This document shows positions 9,909 through 17,090 of a stretch of 64,000 nucleotides of DNA, in pieces; the first letter of the stretch is position 1, and each line of letters begins with the position of its first letter. Source of the stretch: Desulfobacteraceae bacterium. Lineage in GTDB: Bacteria > Desulfobacterota > Desulfobacteria > Desulfobacterales > JAABSP01. The stretch is taken from assembly GCA_011390345.1 (NCBI GenBank), contig JAABSP010000008.1:21277-85276 (forward strand). Reading direction: 5' to 3'. The notes under the pieces were generated by a model, which had not been told where the DNA came from, ran no database searches, and was given only the letters and a program-made list of their open reading frames with translations. Position numbers and translations under genes: made by a program.

Positions 9909-10922
9909 TCAACCTGGTGCTTTCCCTGAAGCCCGGGGAAAAGATCCGCAGCCGGCCAACTGCAGCAGCAGACCTTCCAATACCATCCGAGGATTGGCAT
10001 TGGCGATGATCTCCTTCTGTGCCTGGTTCACCGCAGCCATATCCGACAGGAGGCGGGTTTGGGAAAAGCCCTTTGCGGCATTCCTTACCTCCCGGCCCCA
10101 ATCCCGGTTCTTGATCCGGTTCGGATTGTAGCGGCAGATCAGCAGATCCCTGAGCCACATTCGTATAATGGCAAAGACCTCATCGAGGTCCGATTTTTCT
10201 TTTGACAGACGTTCGGCAAGGGAGAAGAGGACCGGCAGGGGCCGATTTGAAAGGGATGTCAATTCCGAAAGAAGCCATCCCCGCCGCTCCATCCGGAGAG
10301 AATCCTTTTCCCCGATGGCACGGCCCACACTTCCCCCTGCAAGCAGCGCCGAGACCATAGCGGCCTTCTCTGAAAAGCCTTTCTTCTCATGCAGGTATCG
10401 CTCCAGCACCCTCTCCGGAATCGGCCGGAACCGGACCTGCTGACAGCGGGAGACCACCGTCGGGAGAAGATCAGTGGTCTGGAGGGCCGTCAGAATCATG
10501 ACGGTCCGGTCCGGGGGCTCTTCAAGAACCTTTAAAAAGGCGTTTGCGGCCTCCGGGTTCATGGTCTGTCCATCTTCCATGATCACCACCCGGGTTCGGG
10601 CCTCATACGGCTTCATGGAGAGAGATCCACAGAGATCCCGGATCTGATCGACCTTGATCCCGGTTTTTGCAGGCGTCACCCGATGGATGTCCGGATGGCT
10701 GCCGGCTTCGATCTTTTTGCAGGATCGGCATCGGCCGCAGGGAGGTCTCTCGCCTGTGCAGTTGAGCGCGGCGCCAAAGGCCAGTGCCGTAGTCCCCTTG
10801 CCGATGCCGTCGATGCCGGTAAAGAGCAGGGCGTGGGGGACCTTGTTCCGGGCCAGGATCGTCCAGAGGATCTCGATTGCCCGCTGCTGACCGATGATTC
10901 CGGAGAAGGCCGAATCGGTCAA
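9909..10922 (-). CDS. holB: DNA polymerase III delta-prime subunit
   Basis: Contains VPHALLFTGIDGIGKGTTA (P-loop), the zinc module CGRCRSCKKIEAGSHPD and the LLPTVVSRCQ sensor block. The start is uncertain. An in-frame TTG at 10922 lies 2 nt after the HU/IHF stop, whereas the track ATG (11081) would overlap that gene by more than 150 nt. Confidence 0.8.
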   Translation of the reverse strand: MTDSAFSGIIGQQRAIEILWTILARNKVPHALLFTGIDGIGKGTTALAFGAALNCTGERPPCGRCRSCKKIEAGSHPDIHRVTPAKTGIKVDQIRDLCGSLSMKPYEARTRVVIMEDGQTMNPEAANAFLKVLEEPPDRTVMILTALQTTDLLPTVVSRCQQVRFRPIPERVLERYLHEKKGFSEKAAMVSALLAGGSVGRAIGEKDSLRMERRGWLLSELTSLSNRPLPVLFSLAERLSKEKSDLDEVFAIIRMWLRDLLICRYNPNRIKNRDWGREVRNAAKGFSQTRLLSDMAAVNQAQKEIIANANPRMVLEGLLLQLAGCGSFPRASGKAPG

Positions 10923-10924
10923 AT

Positions 10925-11221
10925 TCAGCCTTCGGAACGGTTGCCGCTGTAATCTACCCGCTCCTTCAGCTCCTTCCCGCATTTGAAAAAGGGGAGCTTC
11001 TTGGGGGTGATCAGCACCTTGTCTCCGGTCTTGGGGTTTCGTCCGGTGTAGCTTTTGTAATTTTTGACAAAGAAGCTGCACAGCCCCCGGATCTCCACCC
11101 GCTCTTCCTCGGCCAGGGCATCGGCCATGTTGCCGAAAAAGATCTCGACAACCCTTGCGGCCTCTGCTTTGGAGATATTGGCTTCGGTCTTCAATGCGGA
11201 GATAAGCTCTAATTTATTCAT
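10925..11221 (-). CDS. HU/IHF-family DNA-binding protein
   Basis: 98 aa reading MNKLELISALK...RVEIRGLCSFFVKNYKSYTGRNPKTGDKVLITPKKLPFFKCGKELKERV, with the typical IHF/HU beta-arm signature. Confidence 0.9.
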   Translation of the reverse strand: MNKLELISALKTEANISKAEAARVVEIFFGNMADALAEEERVEIRGLCSFFVKNYKSYTGRNPKTGDKVLITPKKLPFFKCGKELKERVDYSGNRSEG

Positions 11222-11307
11222 TCAAAACTCCTTCTGTTTCCAAACTGTATGAGAAAATCAAAGACATTTCTATGTTTTTATAAAAAATCTTATAGGAAGT
11301 CAAGCGG

Positions 11308-11838
11308 TTATGCAAGATGATCCGGAAGAATCTCCACATCCGTATCATCTACATCCACCGCGGCATACTGTCCGAGCACCTGGATATAGACCACAACACG
11401 GGCTCCGCTCTTGTACCGGACAAAGACGCCCGTTACTCCTGCAAAGGGGCCTCCGATAACGATAATCCGCTGCCCCCGCCGGAATCGGCGGCCTGTGAGG
11501 ATGGAATTCTCCTTTTGGGCCACCATGATCTTCAAGGATTCGATATTCTCCTTGGGAACCGGGACCGGTCTGTCATGGGTCCCGATGAGCTTGACCGCGC
11601 CGATCGTCTTCAGGACTTCAAGATGATGTCTCGGATCAAGATCGGTTCTGACAAAGATGTATCCCGGAAACAGGGGGGCCTGGATCGTCACCTTCCGATC
11701 CTTGCGCCGGCTCGGAACAGTGATCTTCGGCAGAAAGACCTCGATATCCTTTTTATATAGCTTGTCATTGACAATATTTTCAAAACGGCTTCGGGTATGC
11801 AGAACATACCATTGGCTTTTCAATGGATCGAATGTCAT
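11308..11838 (-). CDS. NusG/RfaH-family transcription antitermination paralogue (NGN + KOW)
   Basis: WYVLHTRSRFENIV...FPGYIFV matches the NGN domain, and the C-terminal GQRIIVIGGPFAGVTGVF matches KOW. Probable start is the ATG at 11838, which overlaps the lptD stop (ATGA). Confidence 0.8.
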   Translation of the reverse strand: MTFDPLKSQWYVLHTRSRFENIVNDKLYKKDIEVFLPKITVPSRRKDRKVTIQAPLFPGYIFVRTDLDPRHHLEVLKTIGAVKLIGTHDRPVPVPKENIESLKIMVAQKENSILTGRRFRRGQRIIVIGGPFAGVTGVFVRYKSGARVVVYIQVLGQYAAVDVDDTDVEILPDHLA

Positions 11839-14168
11839 TGGCTCGTGCTGAATCCTCCGAGTCCGTGAAGGTTGATCATCAGTGTATACTGCTGCTCCTG
11901 CTCCTCTTCGGTATATTTGAGATCCGCGGACCAGCACCCGGCCACATAGGAGAAGCCGACGCCGGTCTTGACGGCCTTGTCCTCCTGCAGATCCCGCTCG
12001 TAATCTCCGTACAAAGAGAGATTTGAAAATGGCTTTACCAGAAGGCTGGCATAGATGGATTCGCTCAGTTCCCGGGTATAGCGATGTTCGGCAAAAAGAA
12101 TGTCTCCGCGGCCGTCTCTGAGGGTGGCCGCGATATTTCGGCTGTTGAGATCGCCGTCATAGACATCCCATTCTGCATCCGCGATCAGGGAGAAGGAGGG
12201 CGACGGAGTGAGCATCAGTTCCGCCAGGATGGGAGAGAAGGGCTCCTTCTCCTTCGTGCCCTCCAATGGCCCCTCATCTGCCTCCCGGATATCATAGCTC
12301 TGTTCGAGGTTCAGCCGGCAGAACTGCACATAGGGGATCTTTTTCGGAAGCTCTTCTCCGGTTGTCGAAAATTTTGGAGTTCTTTCGGGTTCGGGCCGAT
12401 CTGCCAGCCGGGCCGTAAAGAGATTGGTGAGGGAATAGGTGATCCGATTGTTGACGCCGATCCGGTCTTTCGGGTCAAAAAAGGGATACTCCTCCTGATC
12501 CTCCTCCTCCACATATTCATAGTAGATCCGGGGCAGAAGGGTGTGCTTTATGCCTTCAACCCCCTCCATCCCCGGCCGATAGACCCGGTAGAGATGGGTG
12601 GAGAGATCGATCCGGATATCATATGTCTCCCTTCTGAAGGTCTCCTCTTCAGACGCTGTAAGAGGGGCTTCTCCGGCTGTGAGGGGATCGGAAGCCGTAC
12701 TCTCCTCCTCCACTGCCCAGAAGGTCTCCCGAAGTCCCAGGGAGGGCTCCAGGGTGAAATAGGGGCCAAATCGAAGGGGATAGAAGAATCTGGGATAGAG
12801 GTCTGCCCGGTGTCCGGTTGTCCCCTCCTCCCGATGAAAATAGGTATATTCCGAATCCATTTTCCAGTTGAGGGATGTGTTCCACAGGGGCTGGAGGACC
12901 GTATCAAAAGTGATCATTGGCAGCATGTGGAGGGTGTCATCCCTTTTTTCCACCGGCACAACTCCCTGGCCATCTGCCGGAACAACCGGTTCATCGATGA
13001 CATGATCGTACCAGCGAGCCTCCCCGTAGAAGGCATAGTGAGTTCCCCATCGGTAGAGCCGGAGCCGGTTGGTGCGCACCGGGTCCGTATAGTCGTCCAG
13101 CTCCCGGCCGAAGTTGCCCCGGAAATACCGTTCGGTCCGATCGAAGCCGGTGTAGCCGTCCCTGAACTCATGGAGATAGTCCTGATCGCTCACGATATCG
13201 ATATCCATCTCTCCGGTCAACCCCAGGGGGAGATCCTGATCATGCTTCATCCGAATCCAGTATCGGCTCTCATTGGTTCGGATCGCACTGTCTTCGGTAT
13301 ATCCCCAATTTTCGCTCGCATCCGCGGTTCCGTCATCGATCTTCTCGTCATCCAGATAATTGGCCATCAATGTCCCCTTGGATTGGTCCAGCACATACCG
13401 GTATTCCGCGCCGAACTTGTGGCCCCGATCCGCCATATAATGATCGTAAAAGGTGGCATCCGAGCTTTTGTCGATCGCGAGATAGAGAGGCTGGGTGAAG
13501 GAGAAGCCTTTTCGATCTGAATGGTCCAGCCGGGGCACAAGAAGACCGGTCTGGCGCTTCTCCTTTACCGGAAAGAAGAAGAAGGGGGTATAGAGCAGCG
13601 GGATCTTTTTGGCCCAGAGCGCGGCATGGGTGACATACCCGTACCCCTCGATGGTCACTTTGACATGGTTCCCGGTTATCTTCCAGTCGGGGGTCTTTCC
13701 GTCACAGGAGGTGACGCTGGCGCTGAAGGCCTCGTAGGTGGCCCTGCCCACCTTTTCGATCCGGTCTCCCCGGATGTAGAAATGGTTGGCCCGCAGAAAG
13801 ATATCCCCGTTATGGATCGTTCCGGTCTCGGCCGCCAGATTCAGCTCGATACGGGCCCCGGTGAGGCGCCCTGCATCGCTTTGAATGACCACATCTCCGT
13901 CCGCGATCACGGTCAAGTCATCCCTGTCAAAGATGAGCCGATCCGCCGTAAAGGTGAGATCCTCCCGTTTGATGGTCACATTTCCTTTGGCCCGGTACTG
14001 TTGGGTCACTTGATCGAACTCCACTTGATCCGCAAAGATCCGCCACGGAATGTCCGGATCATCATCCGGAATGAGTTCTTCGAATTGGGCATGGGCCGCA
14101 GAACAGAGGATCAGCAGCATCCCAATCAGAAGGGCAAGATGAAGCGGGGATTTCAGGGTTTTGGACAT
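11835..14168 (-). CDS. lptD: LPS-assembly outer-membrane protein LptD (OstA)
   Basis: Signal peptide MSKTLKSPLHLALLIGMLLILCSAAHA, an OstA N-terminal domain and a long beta-barrel region rich in alternating aromatic residues. The ATG at 14168 is preferred over the track's TTG at 14189. Confidence 0.88.
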   Translation of the reverse strand: MSKTLKSPLHLALLIGMLLILCSAAHAQFEELIPDDDPDIPWRIFADQVEFDQVTQQYRAKGNVTIKREDLTFTADRLIFDRDDLTVIADGDVVIQSDAGRLTGARIELNLAAETGTIHNGDIFLRANHFYIRGDRIEKVGRATYEAFSASVTSCDGKTPDWKITGNHVKVTIEGYGYVTHAALWAKKIPLLYTPFFFFPVKEKRQTGLLVPRLDHSDRKGFSFTQPLYLAIDKSSDATFYDHYMADRGHKFGAEYRYVLDQSKGTLMANYLDDEKIDDGTADASENWGYTEDSAIRTNESRYWIRMKHDQDLPLGLTGEMDIDIVSDQDYLHEFRDGYTGFDRTERYFRGNFGRELDDYTDPVRTNRLRLYRWGTHYAFYGEARWYDHVIDEPVVPADGQGVVPVEKRDDTLHMLPMITFDTVLQPLWNTSLNWKMDSEYTYFHREEGTTGHRADLYPRFFYPLRFGPYFTLEPSLGLRETFWAVEEESTASDPLTAGEAPLTASEEETFRRETYDIRIDLSTHLYRVYRPGMEGVEGIKHTLLPRIYYEYVEEEDQEEYPFFDPKDRIGVNNRITYSLTNLFTARLADRPEPERTPKFSTTGEELPKKIPYVQFCRLNLEQSYDIREADEGPLEGTKEKEPFSPILAELMLTPSPSFSLIADAEWDVYDGDLNSRNIAATLRDGRGDILFAEHRYTRELSESIYASLLVKPFSNLSLYGDYERDLQEDKAVKTGVGFSYVAGCWSADLKYTEEEQEQQYTLMINLHGLGGFSTSQ

Positions 14169-14231
14169 ATATGTGTATCCACCTTCCAAAAGGTCATCAT
14201 TCTAAATGATTATAACCGATTTTTATAAAAG

Positions 14232-14277
14232 ATAAAACCTCCGGATATGGATAAACCGGTATAAACCAATATAAATC
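14232..14277. repeat. Phased ATAAA(A)CC direct repeats in the lptD/surE divergent intergenic region
   Basis: ATAAAACC at 14232, ATAAACC at 14251 and 14261, ATAAATC at 14271. The last three are 10 nt apart. The array is flanked by the inverted repeat CCGATTT/AAATCGG. Confidence 0.4.
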
Positions 14278-14359
14278 GGATTAAACTTGAACCGAGATCA
14301 AATTTAAAGTATAAAGCTCAATTCAGGCGCAATTGTCAAGGTGTACTCTTAAAAAAATT

Positions 14360-15217
14360 ATGGCGACAATCCTTCTGACAAATGATGACGGCATCCATGC
14401 CGAGGGGCTCTGGGCTCTCTACGGACGTTTTTTCAAAAGCCACGGGGTGGTTGTGGTGGCCCCGGACCGGGAGCGGAGCGCAGTGGGCCACGGCATCACC
14501 CTGCACCAGCCTTTAAGAACCCACAGGGTACGGGTCTGGGGAGGATATGAGGGGTATGCGGTGGACGGAACACCGGCCGACTGTGTCAAGATCGGCATCC
14601 TGGAGGTGCTCGGGAAAAAGCCCGATGCCGTGATCTCCGGCATCAATCCGGGTGCGAACGTGGGGGTGAGCATCAACTACTCCGGAACCGTCTCCGCGGC
14701 CCGGGAGGCGGCCCTCTACGGCATCCCCTCCGTTGCAGTATCTGTCAACGCCTCTGATGTCCACAGCTTCGAGCCGGCCGCATCTGTTGCCGAAAAGATC
14801 CTCTGCCAGATCCTGGACAGGGGGCTGCCCTTCGGAACCCTGCTCAATGTCAATGTCCCGGATCTGCCGATGGAAAAGATCAACGGCTTCCGGATCAGCC
14901 GCCAGGGGGTCTCGGTGCTAACCGAATATTTCGAAAAACGGGTCGATCCCCGAAACCGCTCCTATCATTGGCTCGGCGGTGACACCCAGCGGTTTGAAGG
15001 TGATGGGGAGATCGACTGGACAGCGCTCTACCAGGGGTATGTCAGCATCACGCCGATCCGGTGTGATATGACCGATTACCAGATGCTGGAGAAGATGGCA
15101 GAATGGGAGTTCAACTGCCGTTCCCCGAAAGAAGACCCGGAAGAAGACCCGGAAGAAGATCGGGAAGAAGATCGGGAAGAAGACTCCGAAGAAAATCGGG
15201 GAAAAGACCCAAAATGA
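14360..15217 (+). CDS. surE: 5'/3'-nucleotidase SurE with acidic repeat tail
   Basis: Starts MATILLTNDDGIHAEGL and contains GINPGANVG...YSGTVSAAREAA. The ATG at 14360 is preferred over the TTG at 14333. Confidence 0.93.
   Translation: MATILLTNDDGIHAEGLWALYGRFFKSHGVVVVAPDRERSAVGHGITLHQPLRTHRVRVWGGYEGYAVDGTPADCVKIGILEVLGKKPDAVISGINPGANVGVSINYSGTVSAAREAALYGIPSVAVSVNASDVHSFEPAASVAEKILCQILDRGLPFGTLLNVNVPDLPMEKINGFRISRQGVSVLTEYFEKRVDPRNRSYHWLGGDTQRFEGDGEIDWTALYQGYVSITPIRCDMTDYQMLEKMAEWEFNCRSPKEDPEEDPEEDREEDREEDSEENRGKDPK
15131..15202 (+). repeat. Six tandem 12-nt units inside the 3' end of surE
   Basis: The units are gaagacccggaa x2, gaagatcgggaa x2, gaagactccgaa and gaaaatcgggga. They encode EDPE-EDPE-EDRE-EDRE-EDSE-ENRG. 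Confidence 0.9.
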
Positions 15218-15259
15218 AGATCGGGAAAAGGATCTATAAAAGATGAAAAGCCGGAACCG

Positions 15260-16306
15260 ATGAAAAAGCAGTTTGTCGATACCATAAAGGCCGGAGATTC
15301 GGTGGAGGATGTCTTTGTCCTCTACGAGTGTTCCGTTGCCACCAAAAAGGATGGCAACCCCTTTCTCAATATTACGCTGTCAGACAGAACCGGCCGGATC
15401 AAGGGCGTGATCTGGGAGAATGCGGATCAGCTTTCTTCTGTTCTGGCCGCGGCCGATTTTGTGCGGATCAACGGCAGCGCCTCCCAATATATGGGAAATC
15501 TTCAGTTGACGATCCGGCAGGTGGAGATCACGACCCCTGAGGGCATCGACGCCGCGGATTTTATCCCGGCCACCACCCGCAACATCGACGCGATGTTCGA
15601 GAAGCTGGTGGAACTTGTCCGGAATAAAATGAAAAATCCGCATCTGCTGGGGCTGATGGATGCCTTCTTTGCCGATGAAAAATTTGTCCGGGGATTCAAG
15701 ATCGCGCCGGCCGCAAAGAAGATGCACCATGCCTACCTCGGGGGGCTGCTGGAGCATACCCTCTCCATGGCGATTCTAGTGGAACGGCTGGGGGGGCATT
15801 ATTCGGGCATCGATATGGATATGCTGCTGGCCGGCGCGGTTCTTCACGACATCGGCAAGATCCGGGAGTTCGACTACAGTTGCCGGATCGACTATTCTGA
15901 CGAGGGGCGGTTTCTGAGCCATATCCTCATCGGCTGTGAGATGATCGCTGAGAAGATCCGAAAACTGCCCGATTTTCCCGAGGAGCTTTCCCTGCTGGTG
16001 AAACACATGGTAGTGAGCCACCACGGCACAAGGGAGTTCGGCTCTCCGGAATTGCCCAAGACCATCGAGGCGGTACTCTTGAACCATATCGACGATATCG
16101 ATGCCAAAATGAACGGTATCCGGGATTTCATCGCCAAAAAAGGATTGCATCGCTCCTGGACTTCTTATCATAATATGTATGGCCGCCATTTTTACCGGGG
16201 AAGAGACGGAGAGAGCCCGGAACCGATGCCGCAGAATGGAGAAGAACCGGCCGAGGCCGGTTGGCCAGATGGAGAAGAATATAATCAAGATAAGAGCGGT
16301 ATCTGA
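15260..16306 (+). CDS. OB-fold + HD-domain phosphohydrolase (YhaM-like 3'-5' exoribonuclease family)
   Basis: N-terminal OB-fold-like region followed by HD blocks HHAYLGGLLEHT, LHDIGK and VVSHHG. Confidence 0.75.
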   Translation: MKKQFVDTIKAGDSVEDVFVLYECSVATKKDGNPFLNITLSDRTGRIKGVIWENADQLSSVLAAADFVRINGSASQYMGNLQLTIRQVEITTPEGIDAADFIPATTRNIDAMFEKLVELVRNKMKNPHLLGLMDAFFADEKFVRGFKIAPAAKKMHHAYLGGLLEHTLSMAILVERLGGHYSGIDMDMLLAGAVLHDIGKIREFDYSCRIDYSDEGRFLSHILIGCEMIAEKIRKLPDFPEELSLLVKHMVVSHHGTREFGSPELPKTIEAVLLNHIDDIDAKMNGIRDFIAKKGLHRSWTSYHNMYGRHFYRGRDGESPEPMPQNGEEPAEAGWPDGEEYNQDKSGI

Positions 16307-16392
16307 AGGTGGATAGAGGCCGTATAATAGACCTCCGGCCATTGGGGGGTGAAGATCATCAAGAGAAGAGCGTTATCTAAAGGGGCCTTTTC

Positions 16393-17040
16393 ATGTTTAT
16401 CACATTCGAAGGAATAGAGGGCTCCGGAAAGACCACCCGGATGCGGGAGGCGGGCCGTTTTCTGCAAAGCAGGGGGTATGAACTTCTCCTCACCCGGGAG
16501 CCTGGCGGAACAGCCTTGGGAGAACGGATTCGCGCGATCCTTCTCTCGCCTGAGCAGAAGGGCATGGACCCGACGGCTGAGCTTCTCCTCTACATGGCGG
16601 ACCGGGCCGATCATGTGAACACCCTCATCCGGCCGGCCCTAGCGAAAAAAAAGGTGGTTCTCTGCGACCGGTATTTCGACGCCACCCTCGCGTATCAGGG
16701 ATATGCCCGGGGCCTCGATATCGAACTCCTCAGAGCCTTTCACCGGACCGCGTTGAATGATTTCATGCCCGATCTTACTTTTCTTCTCGACCTCCCCCCG
16801 GAGATCGGCCTCTCCAGGGCATTGGGAGATCGGAGCCGATCCGACGCGGAAAGCCGGTTCGAGCAGGAGGCCCTCGATTTTCACGCCCGGGTCCGGGCCG
16901 GGTATCTCTCGCTTGCCGATGAAGATCCGGAGCGTTTCATCCGCATCGATGCCGCAGCCGCGCCCGAGTCTGTGGACCGGCAGATCCGCTCGGCGTTGGA
17001 AGAACGTTTTCCGGAACAGGATCGAAATCCGCAGAAGTAA
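16393..17040 (+). CDS. tmk: Thymidylate kinase
   Basis: Starts MFITFEGIEGSGKTT (P-loop) and contains LLTREPGGT and the DRY motif (CDRYFDATLAYQG). Confidence 0.95.
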   Translation: MFITFEGIEGSGKTTRMREAGRFLQSRGYELLLTREPGGTALGERIRAILLSPEQKGMDPTAELLLYMADRADHVNTLIRPALAKKKVVLCDRYFDATLAYQGYARGLDIELLRAFHRTALNDFMPDLTFLLDLPPEIGLSRALGDRSRSDAESRFEQEALDFHARVRAGYLSLADEDPERFIRIDAAAAPESVDRQIRSALEERFPEQDRNPQK

Positions 17041-17090
17041 AGCAAACGAAAGAGGAGGCAGAAGATCTCTGCCTCGAACAGGAAACCGAT

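Noticed and set aside
10923-11081. The long N-terminal extension of holB from the track ATG at 11081.
   Set aside because: It would overlap the HU/IHF gene by more than 150 nt, and the extension is Arg/Gln/Pro-rich without similarity to HolB. An in-frame TTG just after the HU/IHF stop fits better.
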